Positions 10,470-22,023 are shown, counted from the first letter of the stretch. The stretch: 64,000 bases of DNA from Minisyncoccota bacterium (GCA_041674225.1 JBAYWG010000002.1:34841-98840), one strand, 5' to 3'. Translations and numbers: made by a program. Notes: generated from the sequence alone by a model not told the origin.

Positions 10470-11426
10470 ATGGAAGACTCAATAATAAACTTTAATAAAC
10501 AATTTGATTACGAGCCTGTAATTCGAAATGCAGAAAAATTAAAAGAAAACTACGAGCATTTTGTTTTGTGTGGAATGGGTGGATCTCATTTGGCAGCTGG
10601 AATTGTGAAAATGCAAAAACCTGGAGTTGAATTATATGTTCACAAGGATTACGATCTCCCTCCATATTCTGATGATTTTTTGAAAAAGAGTTTATTGATT
10701 GCGAGTTCACATTCTGGAAATACTGAAGAAGTTTTAAGTTTCTTGAGATTTGCACTTGAAAAAGGTTACGACACGGCTGTGATTACAACTGGTGGAAAGT
10801 TATTTGAAATTGCTGTAGCTCAACAATTACCTCACATAGTAATGCCAAACGACGGGCTACAACCTCGTCTTGCAATTGGGTTTTCTACACTTGCACTTTT
10901 GAAAATAATGAAAGAAGAAGATTTAATTTCGACTTTAAAAAATGTTGGACGAAATATTGATTCAAGTAAATTAAAATCAGAGGGAGATTCTTTGGCAAAT
11001 TCTATTGGAGATAAAGTGCCAGTTATTTATGCTTCAAATCAAAATCTACCTATTGCGTATAATTGGAAAATTAAATTCAATGAAACAGGGAAGATACCAG
11101 CTTTTTATAATCTATTTCCAGAATTAAATCATAACGAAATGCAAGGTTTCGACGATGAAAAATATTCTGATAAATTCCATTTTATATTTTTGCATGATAC
11201 AAACGATAATCCTAGAATTGAACAAAGAATGAAAGTTTTGAGTACTCTCTTTGAAGAGAAGGGATTTGTTGTTACAAATTTAGAGCTGTCGGGGCAAACT
11301 GCTTTTGAAAAAGTTTTTTCAAGCCTACTTATAGCTGATTGGACAGCACTAGAGTTGGCAAAAATAAAAGGCACAGATCCGCAATCTGTACCTCTTATTG
11401 AAGACTTTAAGAAAAGATTAAACTAG
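10470..11426 (+). CDS. bifunctional phosphoglucose/phosphomannose isomerase (SIS domain, archaeal-type PGI)
   Basis: [14 protein letters not shown] motif; start placed at ATG 10470 (MEDSIINF) after the upstream stop. Confidence 0.65.
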   Translation: MEDSIINFNKQFDYEPVIRNAEKLKENYEHFVLCGMGGSHLAAGIVKMQKPGVELYVHKDYDLPPYSDDFLKKSLLIASSHSGNTEEVLSFLRFALEKGYDTAVITTGGKLFEIAVAQQLPHIVMPNDGLQPRLAIGFSTLALLKIMKEEDLISTLKNVGRNIDSSKLKSEGDSLANSIGDKVPVIYASNQNLPIAYNWKIKFNETGKIPAFYNLFPELNHNEMQGFDDEKYSDKFHFIFLHDTNDNPRIEQRMKVLSTLFEEKGFVVTNLELSGQTAFEKVFSSLLIADWTALELAKIKGTDPQSVPLIEDFKKRLN

Positions 11427-11857
11427 TTTCTATTTAGTTTATCTCTAATTTCTCTAAGCAGTAAAACTTCCTCTGGAGTTTTTTCTGGTTCACATGGTGG
11501 ACACTCTTCCTTTTTTGCAACACTTTCTCTTAGTTTGTTAATACCTTTTACAACCAAAAATATTGCCCAAGCTACTATTATGAAGTTTATTAATACTGTA
11601 ATAAACAAACCGTAATTTAGCGTAAGTTCAGCTTGAGCTTCTGTGGCTTTCTTTAAAACTATAACTTTGTCTGAAAAATCAACACCTCCTGTTAGAAGTC
11701 CAATTATTGGGTTAATTATATCTTCTACTAAAGAAGTTACTATTTTTCCAAATGCTGTACCAATAACAACTCCGACAGCTAGGTCGACTGCATTACCTTT
11801 TGATATAAAACTTTTAAATTCTTCGATAACTTTTGATCCTTTTTTTATTGCTTCCAT
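11423..11857 (-). CDS. mscL: large-conductance mechanosensitive channel MscL with Cys/Pro/Glu-rich C-terminal tail
   Basis: [20 protein letters not shown] signature; 144 aa. Confidence 0.85.
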   Translation of the reverse strand: MEAIKKGSKVIEEFKSFISKGNAVDLAVGVVIGTAFGKIVTSLVEDIINPIIGLLTGGVDFSDKVIVLKKATEAQAELTLNYGLFITVLINFIIVAWAIFLVVKGINKLRESVAKKEECPPCEPEKTPEEVLLLREIRDKLNRN

Positions 11858-11874
11858 GCATGGAATATATCAAA

Positions 11875-12510
11875 TTATGCGTATTTTGGCGACTTAATGA
11901 CCTGTATTACCGTACCGTTGATCATGAAGCTGTCATCTTCGTGAATAAATATTGGTGGAATGCTTTGAGTTGAATCAGAGGCTAGAACTACTTGGTTATT
12001 TTTTTCATCCCAAATATATCTTTTAACATTGGCCATATCGTCTATAACAGAAAGAACAATCTCTCCGTTTCTAGGAGTTTTTCTGTCTGTGTCTATGATT
12101 AGATAATCTCCATCTTCTATTGTTTTTCCATCGATCAAAGCTTTGTTCATAGAAAGCCCTTGTGCTCGGATAGCAAAAATATTTTTACATTTCTTCAGAA
12201 TATTTTTTGAAATCTTTAAATAACCTTGAATGTTTTCTGTAGCTAAAATAGTTGCCGGACCACAGTTGGCTGTACCAGCGATAGGGACTGATACAAGACC
12301 TGTGTTTTTGTTTGTGCCAGAAGTTGCGCGGGTGATTGTTTTAGAATCTTTGTCTATTTTAATTAAACCTTTTTTCTCTAACTGCATTATGTGGTGCTTT
12401 ACTTTTTGTGGAAATTTCTCACCAATCATTTCTCCAATTTGTCTAAGAGTCATACCTCTCAAGCCTTCTTGCCCAATTTTTTGTAATATTTTTTCTTGTA
12501 GGGAATGCAT
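11875..12510 (-). CDS. lexA: LexA repressor
   Basis: N-terminal wHTH; Ala-Gly cleavage site (VPIAGT); S24 peptidase Ser/Lys (GLSM...K). Confidence 0.8.
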   Translation of the reverse strand: MHSLQEKILQKIGQEGLRGMTLRQIGEMIGEKFPQKVKHHIMQLEKKGLIKIDKDSKTITRATSGTNKNTGLVSVPIAGTANCGPATILATENIQGYLKISKNILKKCKNIFAIRAQGLSMNKALIDGKTIEDGDYLIIDTDRKTPRNGEIVLSVIDDMANVKRYIWDEKNNQVVLASDSTQSIPPIFIHEDDSFMINGTVIQVIKSPKYA

Positions 12511-12789
12511 GTTTTTACAGGTTATTAATAAATATACGCATTATTATAATTGAAAACTAGAAAAAAGTAAAAAAGTTATCCACATTTATTTAAAACTAGA
12601 AAAGTTGACATACTTTAAATAAATAATAAACTATATTTATTAAAAAATAATTCAAATATCATGTTCTACGATTTTCAAACAAGAAAAAACAGATTACAAA
12701 AGAGAAATAATTTCACAACTAAATTGCACAACGCTCTAAAAGCCTCATCTACATTCAAGTTAACAATGTTCTAGTTGAATTTTACTTCA

Positions 12790-12798
12790 TGATATAAT
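12790..12798 (+). promoter_or_regulatory. extended -10 element (TGaTATAAT) upstream of the DUF378 gene
   Basis: tgatataat about 45 nt upstream of ATG 12841. Confidence 0.3.
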
Positions 12799-12840
12799 TT
12801 CATGTGTAGTTCAATTATTTAAAATAATTTTAGATTCAAT

Positions 12841-13056
12841 ATGAAAATTCTAAAGAAGGTTGCGTATGTTCTTGTAATAGTAGGAGCTTTGAATTGGGGA
12901 CTTGTAGGTCTGTTTAATTTTAATTTAGTTATGGCTATTTTTGGTGGAGCACCAACAATTGAAAGACTGGTGTATTTATTAGTAGGTATTTCTGCACTTT
13001 TGGTATTAGTTACAAAATGTAAATGCAATACTTGCGATTGTTCTTCTTGTAAATAA
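12841..13056 (+). CDS. DUF378-family small membrane protein with C-terminal Cys cluster
   Basis: GALNWGLVG motif; C-terminus CKCNTCDCSSCK. Confidence 0.55.
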   Translation: MKILKKVAYVLVIVGALNWGLVGLFNFNLVMAIFGGAPTIERLVYLLVGISALLVLVTKCKCNTCDCSSCK

Positions 13057-13057
13057 T

Positions 13058-13435
13058 TTAGTAGTAAAACTCTCTAACCATTTCAGAAACAAATCTAGCG
13101 ATTTCTTCTATTGGAACAGGTCCTAATGCCATGGTTTTTACTCCGTGTTGTTGAAGGAAAGTTAATTCAGCACCTTCGATTAATTTTCCGATGTATAAAA
13201 TTCCAGTTTTTTCCATTTCGGGAACTTCTCGAATTTCTCTTACAAAACCAACAATCGATTCCCAATAAACAGGAACTAAGAAAACAATTGCACCAGGGAG
13301 AGCTACTTTTGCATATTCTAATCCTTCTTTGAAACTTTCTGTTTGATAAACGGCGATATTTTCTCTTTCAAATATAGATAAAAAAGCTTTTGCGTCTGTA
13401 AGTTTCGATATTAAAAGTAGTTGTTTCTGTGCCAT
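13058..13435 (-). CDS. hypothetical protein
   Basis: 125 aa, alpha/beta-like; no catalytic motif recognised. Confidence 0.4.
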   Translation of the reverse strand: MAQKQLLLISKLTDAKAFLSIFERENIAVYQTESFKEGLEYAKVALPGAIVFLVPVYWESIVGFVREIREVPEMEKTGILYIGKLIEGAELTFLQQHGVKTMALGPVPIEEIARFVSEMVREFYY

Positions 13436-13457
13436 GTTAGTTTTAATAGTTTATCAC

Positions 13458-13500
13458 AGAACACAAAAGACGCTTCTTTTGGAAGCGTCTTTTGTGTTCT
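13458..13500 (-). terminator. perfect 19-bp stem hairpin (terminator downstream of csp)
   Basis: agaacacaaaagacgcttc-ttttg-gaagcgtcttttgtgttct. Confidence 0.6.
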
Positions 13501-13514
13501 ACAAACATATTTTA

Positions 13515-13715
13515 TTATGCTCGTGAGATTTTTGAAGCTTGTGGGCCTTTTGGTCCATCTGTAACTTCGAAAGTAACTCGATCACCATCTCGAAGGTCGT
13601 TGAATGCAACATCAACTAGTTCGTTTGCGTGAAAGAATAGATCTTTGTCTGCACCGTCTCGTTTGATGAAGCCGAAACCTCGATCAGTAACTCGGGCAAT
13701 AATTCCAAATTCCAT
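13515..13715 (-). CDS. cspA: cold-shock protein (CspA family)
   Basis: GFGFI and FFHAN RNP motifs; 66 aa. Confidence 0.9.
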   Translation of the reverse strand: MEFGIIARVTDRGFGFIKRDGADKDLFFHANELVDVAFNDLRDGDRVTFEVTDGPKGPQASKISRA

Positions 13716-13864
13716 ATTTTTTTGTTTACTACTGCTAACTTCAAATGCTAAGACTGGGCTAACTCACCTGACCTTGTGTTCCTGCAGCAAAGATTTGACC
13801 TATATATATTAAACGATAAAATGATTTTTGTCAATGCAATCTGGTGTACTGTGTAAAAGTCTTT

Positions 13865-13885
13865 GGTTGTGGGTTTTACTGGTAT
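13865..13885 (+). promoter_or_regulatory. putative promoter (TTGGTT-14-TGgTATAAT), short leader
   Basis: Extended -10 tggtataat 11 nt before ATG 13897. Confidence 0.4.
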
Positions 13886-13896
13886 AATTTGTCTCT

Positions 13897-14541
13897 ATGA
13901 AAATACATAAAATAGTTGCGCTATCTTGTTCTCCATCAAAAGGAAGAAACTCCGATACTATGCTGAATTCATTTATTGAGGGAGCATCTTCTGTTTCTGG
14001 TGTGGAAATTGAAAAAATCTATTTGAATGATATTTATATTGAGACTTTTAAATTTGAAAACAGCACTGGACCAACTGAAAATGAAAAAGAATTTGCAGAA
14101 CTTGTAGAAAAGATAAAAAATTCTGATGCTTTGGTTATTGCAACTCCAACATATAATTTCTCTGTACCTGCTCAACTGAAAAATTTTATAGATCGAATGC
14201 GATTTTTTTCTTTAGATTTGAATGAAAAAAACTTTTTGAAACAGCCAGTGGGAAAACTTTGTTATCTAAAAACTTATTTTATTGTTTCTGGCGGTACTCC
14301 AAATTGGGCTCAGAAGATTTTGTTTTTTGCATTTCCGCCGTTTTGGCTAAGAGGGATTTTTCTTTATTACAATGCTCATGTGTTAGGAGCTTTGTATAGT
14401 GGAAATGTTAGAACTTTTGAAAATAAAAGTATTTTGAATAATGCAAAAAGAAAGGGAATTAAGTTTGCTCAACACGTAAGAAAAGATAAGAGAAATCGTG
14501 TTCTTGAAAGAATATTCTTTAGGCCACCTCAAGTAGATTAA
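13897..14541 (+). CDS. NAD(P)H-dependent FMN reductase-like flavoprotein
   Basis: ALVIATPTYNFSVPAQLKNFIDR flavodoxin-like segment. Confidence 0.5.
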   Translation: MKIHKIVALSCSPSKGRNSDTMLNSFIEGASSVSGVEIEKIYLNDIYIETFKFENSTGPTENEKEFAELVEKIKNSDALVIATPTYNFSVPAQLKNFIDRMRFFSLDLNEKNFLKQPVGKLCYLKTYFIVSGGTPNWAQKILFFAFPPFWLRGIFLYYNAHVLGALYSGNVRTFENKSILNNAKRKGIKFAQHVRKDKRNRVLERIFFRPPQVD

Positions 14542-14562
14542 TATAATGTATAATTCCAAGAT

Positions 14563-15531
14563 ATGTTTTTAACAATAGTTTTTTTGATAGCAGGTTTTCT
14601 ATTATTAATTAAAGGTGCGGATTTGTTGGTTGATGGTTCTTCTTCTGTTGCAAAAAGATTTGGGATTTCGGATTTGATTATCGGTTTAACAGTTGTTGCT
14701 TTTGGAACATCGGCTCCTGAGCTTGTTGTGAATATTGTTTCGGCTGTGCAAGGTAATTCTGAAATAGCGATTGGAAATATTTTAGGAAGTAATATCGCAA
14801 ATATATTATTAATTTTGGGTATCACTGCGATAATTGTTCCTATAACTGTACAACGTTCTACAACTTGGAGAGAAATTCCTTTTGCTTTGCTTGCTGTATT
14901 GATGTTGGGGGTAATGGCAAACGACGTTCTGATCGATGGATTGCAATCATCTTTCATTTCTAAGTCTGACGGGGTGGTGATGATAGGATTTTTTTCAGTA
15001 TTCATGTATTACATTTTTGGATCAGCAAAGAAAAATGTTCAAGAGTATGGAGATGAGGAAAGTAATACAAAGCAGTATGGTGTTATAAAATCTTTGCTTC
15101 TGATTGTTGGAGGTTTGATCGGATTAGTTTTGGGAGGAAAATGGGTTGTGGATAGTGCAATTTATTTAGCAACTGCTTGGGGAATGAGTGAAGCTGTTAT
15201 TGGGTTAACTGTGGTAGCTATTGGAACATCTTTGCCAGAGTTAGCGACATCAGTTGTGGCTGCGACAAAAGGAAAAGCCGATATTGCTATTGGAAACGTT
15301 GTTGGTTCAAATATTTTTAATATCTTCTGGATATTGGGAGTTACATCTTTAATTGCACCACTACCTTTTTCTGAAAGTAGTAATATTGATATTTTTGTCA
15401 CAATTTTTGCGACAATATTATTGTTTGTTTGGATGTTTACAGGAAAAAAACACAGACTTGATCGATGGCAAGGTGTGATTTTTGTGATTCTTTATGCGGT
15501 TTACGTGTATCTTTTGCTGACTCTTAGATAG
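14563..15531 (+). CDS. Ca2+/Na+ antiporter (CaCA family, YrbG-like)
   Basis: Two alpha-repeats GTSAPEL / GTSLPEL with GxxxGSNIxNI. Confidence 0.8.
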   Translation: MFLTIVFLIAGFLLLIKGADLLVDGSSSVAKRFGISDLIIGLTVVAFGTSAPELVVNIVSAVQGNSEIAIGNILGSNIANILLILGITAIIVPITVQRSTTWREIPFALLAVLMLGVMANDVLIDGLQSSFISKSDGVVMIGFFSVFMYYIFGSAKKNVQEYGDEESNTKQYGVIKSLLLIVGGLIGLVLGGKWVVDSAIYLATAWGMSEAVIGLTVVAIGTSLPELATSVVAATKGKADIAIGNVVGSNIFNIFWILGVTSLIAPLPFSESSNIDIFVTIFATILLFVWMFTGKKHRLDRWQGVIFVILYAVYVYLLLTLR

Positions 15532-15568
15532 GTGTATACTATTTCTCCAATAAGTTAAGTTTATTTAA

Positions 15569-16885
<1,317 letters not shown>

Positions 16886-16889
16886 TTAT

Positions 16890-18377
16890 ATGAGTAAACA
16901 AGTAGCACTAATTGTTTTGGATGGTTGGGGTTATCGAGAAGACTCTGAGCACAACGCTGTTGCAGTCGCCAAGACTCCAAATTTTGATGAACTTTGGAAT
17001 AAATATCCACATAGTTTGTTGGAAGCATCTGGACTGCATGTTGGTTTGCCAGAAGGGCAGATTGGTAATAGTGAAATTGGTCACACAACAATTGGTGCTG
17101 GGAAAGTAATTGATACTGATTTGGTTCGTATTAATAAATCTATCGAAGATAATTCTTTTTCTGACAATGAAGTTTTTGAAGCTTTGTTTGAGCAAACTAA
17201 AAATAATAATTCCAAACTTCATGTTTTGGGCTTGATTGGAAAAGGTGGGGTGCATTCACACCAGGATCATCTGTTAGCATTTTTAAAACTTTGTAAACAA
17301 AAAAAAATTTCAGAAGTTTATCTTCATTTATTTACAGATGGTCGTGATGCTTCTCCTTATGAATCTGTAAAAGATATTGAGGAAATTAAAAAGGTAATTC
17401 AAGAAGTGGGTATTGGGGAAATTTGTAGTATTTCTGGAAGATATTTTGCGATGGATAGAGATAACAATTGGGACAGAGTAGAACAAGTTGAAAAGATAAT
17501 CTTTCATTGTGAAGGAAATATTTGTCAGGTGACTCCAGAAGAAGAAATTCTTGCTCAACATCAATCTGGAAAAACTGATGAACACATTGAACCATTCATT
17601 GTGCGAGAAGTGCCGATTTCACAAGGTGATGCTGTTTTGTTTTTTAATTATCGAGCGGATAGAGCTAGAATGTTGACTGAAAGAATTTTAGCCAGAAAAG
17701 AAGAAATGAATTTATTTTTTGCAACACTGACAGAATATTCTAAAAATTATGAATGCGCTGTAGCTTTTCCTCCGATTGCTATTGAGACAACAATTGCAAA
17801 TGAAGTTTCAATTGCAGGATTAACACAAGCTCATATTGCTGAGACAGAAAAATTTCCTCACGCTACATATTTTTTAAATGGTGGAAAAGAAGAACCACAT
17901 GACGGCGAAGAACATGTGATGTTGCCGAGTCGAAAAGATGTGCGAACTCACGATGAAGCTCCAGAAATGAGAGCAGAAGCGATTGCCGATGAAGCGATAA
18001 AAAGACTTGAAGACGGTGTGAACTTTATTTTTATAAACTTCGCAAATCCAGACATGGTGGGGCATACAGCAAATGTTGAAGCGATTGTGACAGCGGTGGA
18101 AACTGTTGATAGAGAATTGAAACGCGTTTTGGATGTTTTGCATGAAAGAGGTGGAGTTGCTTTCGTGACTGCGGATCATGGAAATGCTGAAGTGAATTTT
18201 GATTCTGAGAAAAATGAAAAACACACAGCTCATACTTTAAACAGAGTGCCTGCGATTATTACAAAAAATGGAATTGAAATGATTGATGGTTCACTGAAAG
18301 ATATTGCTCCGACAATTTTGAATTTGTTGGATTTGGATAAACCAAAAAGTATGACTGGAGAGGTTTTGTTTAAGTAG
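16890..18377 (+). CDS. gpmI: 2,3-bisphosphoglycerate-independent phosphoglycerate mutase
   Basis: ALIVLDGWG N-terminus; 495 aa iPGM architecture. Confidence 0.9.
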   Translation: MSKQVALIVLDGWGYREDSEHNAVAVAKTPNFDELWNKYPHSLLEASGLHVGLPEGQIGNSEIGHTTIGAGKVIDTDLVRINKSIEDNSFSDNEVFEALFEQTKNNNSKLHVLGLIGKGGVHSHQDHLLAFLKLCKQKKISEVYLHLFTDGRDASPYESVKDIEEIKKVIQEVGIGEICSISGRYFAMDRDNNWDRVEQVEKIIFHCEGNICQVTPEEEILAQHQSGKTDEHIEPFIVREVPISQGDAVLFFNYRADRARMLTERILARKEEMNLFFATLTEYSKNYECAVAFPPIAIETTIANEVSIAGLTQAHIAETEKFPHATYFLNGGKEEPHDGEEHVMLPSRKDVRTHDEAPEMRAEAIADEAIKRLEDGVNFIFINFANPDMVGHTANVEAIVTAVETVDRELKRVLDVLHERGGVAFVTADHGNAEVNFDSEKNEKHTAHTLNRVPAIITKNGIEMIDGSLKDIAPTILNLLDLDKPKSMTGEVLFK

Positions 18378-18410
18378 AATTAGAAAAAATAAAAAAAAAC
18401 GAAGCCCGGG

Positions 18411-18446
18411 CACACACAATTGTGTGCCCGGGCTTCTTGGACTTCA
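18411..18446. terminator. 16-bp perfect palindromic hairpin between convergent genes
   Basis: gaagcccgggcacaca-caat-tgtgtgcccgggcttc preceded by an A-run. Confidence 0.55.
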
Positions 18447-18651
18447 TTGAAGTTTTGGTGGCGACAGGATTACTCCTCTTCGCCTTCTTCGATGCGTTGA
18501 TGTGGAATTCCGAGATTGGTTTTCATGGTGTTTTTGGGTTCAAAAACAAAGTCTTTCTAGGTCAGTTGACCAGAATTTAGAAAGAGCATTTGTTAAGTCG
18601 GGCATTAGTATAAATATTAATAAAAATTTGTCAACACTAAAATACGCACTT

Positions 18652-19017
18652 TTATAAGACGATTTTTTGGTCGTCATGGGTCAGACTAAAGTTGTGTTTA
18701 ATACTGAAATTTTGCAGGGTTTTGAGAGTTCTTTCAAAATTATTCGAGTATAGATAGATCTCTTGTTGGCTGGCGTTGTCTCTAATTGAAAGCAAAACAG
18801 CGGGATGTTTTTGTGATACTTTTATTCTTCTTTTGCCACGAAGAGATGGTAATCCCGCTTTGATTATTCCTGGAGAAATTTTGGACACACTAGAGCACTT
18901 TGAAAGATAATCACAAACCAAAATACCGGCAGGAATCAAAGACGTATGATTACCGCTAAATTTACCTCCGTTTCGAGAATTCTTGGACATGCATTGAATA
19001 TACATCTTTATCCTCAA
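18652..19017 (-). CDS. hypothetical protein
   Basis: 121 aa basic protein; no family recognised. Confidence 0.3.
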   Translation of the reverse strand: MRIKMYIQCMSKNSRNGGKFSGNHTSLIPAGILVCDYLSKCSSVSKISPGIIKAGLPSLRGKRRIKVSQKHPAVLLSIRDNASQQEIYLYSNNFERTLKTLQNFSIKHNFSLTHDDQKIVL

Positions 19018-19096
19018 AATATCATTAAAATAAAAAATATCTAAAATATGATAAAAATCCTTTAGAACGCAGAGCCTTCAAATATGTTAAAATCGC

Positions 19097-20794
19097 TTGG
19101 TCATGATGACTCAAACAGAAGCACTAAAAATATTGAAAATGGGAAAGAATGTTTTTTTGACGGGTCCTGCCGGATCAGGAAAAACATATATTCTAAATGA
19201 GTATATTAATTTTTTGCGACAGCACGGTGTGGATGTGGCGGTGACTGCTTCTACTGGTATTGCTGCAACTCACTTAAAGGGAACTACAATCCACTCTTGG
19301 GCTGGGATCGGAATTAAAGATTTTCTAACTGATTATGATTTAGATAATTTGCAACAGAAAGAATATTTGTGGAAACGTTTTGAAAAAACAAAAGTTTTGA
19401 TTATTGATGAAATTTCGATGTTGAGTTCATCTACTTTGGATTGTATAGATAGAGTCGCAAAAATTTTTAAAAGAAACGAAGAACCATTTGGAGGATTGCA
19501 GATTATTTTTTCCGGAGACTTTTTTCAGCTGCCACCGATTGAAAAAAGACCAGTTTATAATGAGCAAACTATTTTTATGGATGAAGAGGAAAATTCTAGA
19601 ATTCCTTTTGCGTTTAAATCTAAAGCTTGGAAAGATTGTGATTTGCACACTTGTTATTTATCTGAACAATTTCGGCAAGAAGACAATGAACTTTCGACAG
19701 TACTTTCGGAAATTCGTGATGGAGAACTTTCGCAAAAATCTTTGGAAATTTTAACTAAAAGAATTATCAAAGAAGATAATCCTGATATTACAAAACTATA
19801 TACTCACAATATAAATGTTGATACTTTCAATCAGAAGAAACTAGAAAGTTTAAATACTGAAGGGAAAAATTATTTAATGATTGGAAAAGGGAAACCAAAT
19901 CTTTTGGATGCTTTAAAAAGAGGGTGTTTGGTACAAGAAAAATTAACTTTGAAAAAAGGTGCTTTGGTTATGTTTGTAAAGAATAATCCTATCGCTGGTT
20001 ACGTAAATGGAACTGTTGGAGAAATTATTGGTTTTGAAGAAGGTTATCCTGTGGTTCTTACAAAAAATGGTGAAAGATTTGTGGCTGCGCCTCAAAGTTG
20101 GGCGGTGGAAGAAGGTGATAAGGTTTTGGCAGAAATATCTCAGGTGCCTCTAAAACTAGCTTGGGCTGTGACAATTCATAAAAGCCAGGGAATGACTCTA
20201 GATAAAGCGATTATAGATTTGTCGAATTCTTTTATTGAAGGACAGGGTTATGTGGCACTTTCGCGGGTAAAAACTTTGGATGGATTATTTTTGAAAGGTT
20301 TTAATAAGATGGCTGTGGCTGTGCACGATGAAATATTAAATTTAGATAAAGATTTGAGAGATCATTCAGATAAGCTTTGTATGTATGTGAATGGATTAGA
20401 GGTTGATGAATTTCAAGATGAACACCAAGAATTTTTTGAAAAAATTGGTGCAAAGAAACATAAAGTAAAAGATGAGGTGGGTGAAAAACTAAGCACTTAT
20501 GAAATTACTCACAAAATGATTAAGTCTAAAAAATCTTTAGAAGAAATGGCAGAAGAAAAAGTGGTAAAAGTTTCGACAATTTTAGCTCATATTGAAAAGC
20601 TTTTGGAAGAAAAAGTTATTACAAAAAAAGATATTGAATATTTAAAGCCAGATACAAAAGAATTTAATAAAATGTTTAAAGAGATTAATGTGGTTTTAAA
20701 AAAAGTTGGTGCGGATAAACTAACTCCTATTTTTAATGCACTAGATGGTAAATATACATTTGAGGAAATAAAGTTTACGAAGATTTTTTGTTAA
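19097..20794 (+). CDS. Pif1/RecD-like SF1 DNA helicase with C-terminal extension
   Basis: Walker A GPAGSGKTY; LIIDEISM Walker B; RecD-like motifs. Confidence 0.75.
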   Translation: MVMMTQTEALKILKMGKNVFLTGPAGSGKTYILNEYINFLRQHGVDVAVTASTGIAATHLKGTTIHSWAGIGIKDFLTDYDLDNLQQKEYLWKRFEKTKVLIIDEISMLSSSTLDCIDRVAKIFKRNEEPFGGLQIIFSGDFFQLPPIEKRPVYNEQTIFMDEEENSRIPFAFKSKAWKDCDLHTCYLSEQFRQEDNELSTVLSEIRDGELSQKSLEILTKRIIKEDNPDITKLYTHNINVDTFNQKKLESLNTEGKNYLMIGKGKPNLLDALKRGCLVQEKLTLKKGALVMFVKNNPIAGYVNGTVGEIIGFEEGYPVVLTKNGERFVAAPQSWAVEEGDKVLAEISQVPLKLAWAVTIHKSQGMTLDKAIIDLSNSFIEGQGYVALSRVKTLDGLFLKGFNKMAVAVHDEILNLDKDLRDHSDKLCMYVNGLEVDEFQDEHQEFFEKIGAKKHKVKDEVGEKLSTYEITHKMIKSKKSLEEMAEEKVVKVSTILAHIEKLLEEKVITKKDIEYLKPDTKEFNKMFKEINVVLKKVGADKLTPIFNALDGKYTFEEIKFTKIFC

Positions 20795-20802
20795 GATTTT
20801 GA

Positions 20803-20831
20803 AAAGAAAAAACTGTAACGCGAGTTACAGT
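20803..20831 (-). terminator. hairpin overlapping the stop of the small minus-strand gene
   Basis: actgtaac-gcga-gttacagt with an A-run on the plus strand. Confidence 0.4.
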
Positions 20832-21019
20832 TTGGGGTCTGGTGTGACCACTCCTATCATACAAGGCAGGATGTATATTTCCGATAGTTTTTTGTCTGGA
20901 AAATGTTCTTTGATTGCATTGACCAGATCTTCTGCTGTCACTTTTCCGACATGATAGAAGGATAAAGATATAGTTTTTCCTGACTTTTTATTAACAGTGA
21001 ACTTTTGTTCTTCTGGCAT
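20825..21019 (-). CDS. small hypothetical protein
   Basis: 64 aa ORF. Confidence 0.35.
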   Translation of the reverse strand: MPEEQKFTVNKKSGKTISLSFYHVGKVTAEDLVNAIKEHFPDKKLSEIYILPCMIGVVTPDPKL

Positions 21020-21151
21020 TGGTAATTGGGTTGATGTTCAGTTTTTTAAAACATTAACTTTTTAATCAATAATGTCAAATGGTGTTTTTAAAATGGTGTA
21101 AAATAAATGCAAAGTTCTTAAATAATTAAACAAATAGAAAGGGTATTATCG

Positions 21152-22009
21152 ATGAATAAATATAAAATATCTAGATATTGGTGGAAACACCATGCCTATA
21201 AGCCTGTGGTTTTTGGGATGATTGGATTGCATTTATTGGCCGCTTTGGCTTTTTTACCTCAGTTTTTCAGCTGGAGTGGACTGGTTATTTTTGCGTTTTT
21301 GTATTGGGTTAGTGGTGGTTTGGGTATTACGCTCTGCTACCATCGCTTGCTCACACACAAGTCTTTCAAGACGCACCAGTGGTTTAAAAATATTCTAACT
21401 ACATTCGCTTGTTTGGCTGAGCAAGGGTCTCCTCTTGTTTGGGTGGATACTCATCGTTATCATCACAAACACTCGGACGAGGATTTGGATCCTCATTCTC
21501 CTGTGCATGGATTCTTTTGGGCACACATGCTTTGGGTTTTGACTAAAGTTCCGGAAGATTTCAATGCAACAGACAGAGTAAAAGACTTGAAGAGAGAAAA
21601 AGCAATGTTGTGGTTTCATCGGTATTGGTGGTTACCTCAAATTGTTTTGATGGTCTTACTCTTTTTTGCAGGGTTACTCTTCGGAGGATTTAATTTGGCG
21701 ATCTCTTGGGTGGTGTGGGGAATTGCTTTACGAACAGTCGCGGTATTCCATGCGACATGGTTTGTGAACTCTGCAACACACACGTGGGGGTCTCGAAATT
21801 TTAGTGATACCGGAGATAATTCTCGAAATTTGTGGTGGGTTGCACTACTTTCTTTTGGAGAAGGTTGGCACAACAATCATCATGCGGATCAAAATTCTGC
21901 ATCTCATGGGATGCGTTGGTATGAATTTGATATAACATATCAGACGATTAAGTTCTTAGAGCTTATTGGTTTGGCTTGGGATGTGAAATTGCCAAAGGTG
22001 AAATTGTAA
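21152..22009 (+). CDS. acyl-CoA/acyl-lipid delta-9-type fatty acid desaturase
   Basis: Three His boxes: HRLLTH, HRYHHKHSD, HNNHHAD; membrane helices. Confidence 0.85.
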   Translation: MNKYKISRYWWKHHAYKPVVFGMIGLHLLAALAFLPQFFSWSGLVIFAFLYWVSGGLGITLCYHRLLTHKSFKTHQWFKNILTTFACLAEQGSPLVWVDTHRYHHKHSDEDLDPHSPVHGFFWAHMLWVLTKVPEDFNATDRVKDLKREKAMLWFHRYWWLPQIVLMVLLFFAGLLFGGFNLAISWVVWGIALRTVAVFHATWFVNSATHTWGSRNFSDTGDNSRNLWWVALLSFGEGWHNNHHADQNSASHGMRWYEFDITYQTIKFLELIGLAWDVKLPKVKL

Positions 22010-22023
22010 AAAGTTTAAAAATA

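Noticed and set aside
16908-17255. Antisense ORFs inside gpmI and other long genes (for example 16813..17091, 49985..50398, 61711..62097)
   Set aside because: Embedded antisense in well-supported conserved genes; low-complexity translations.
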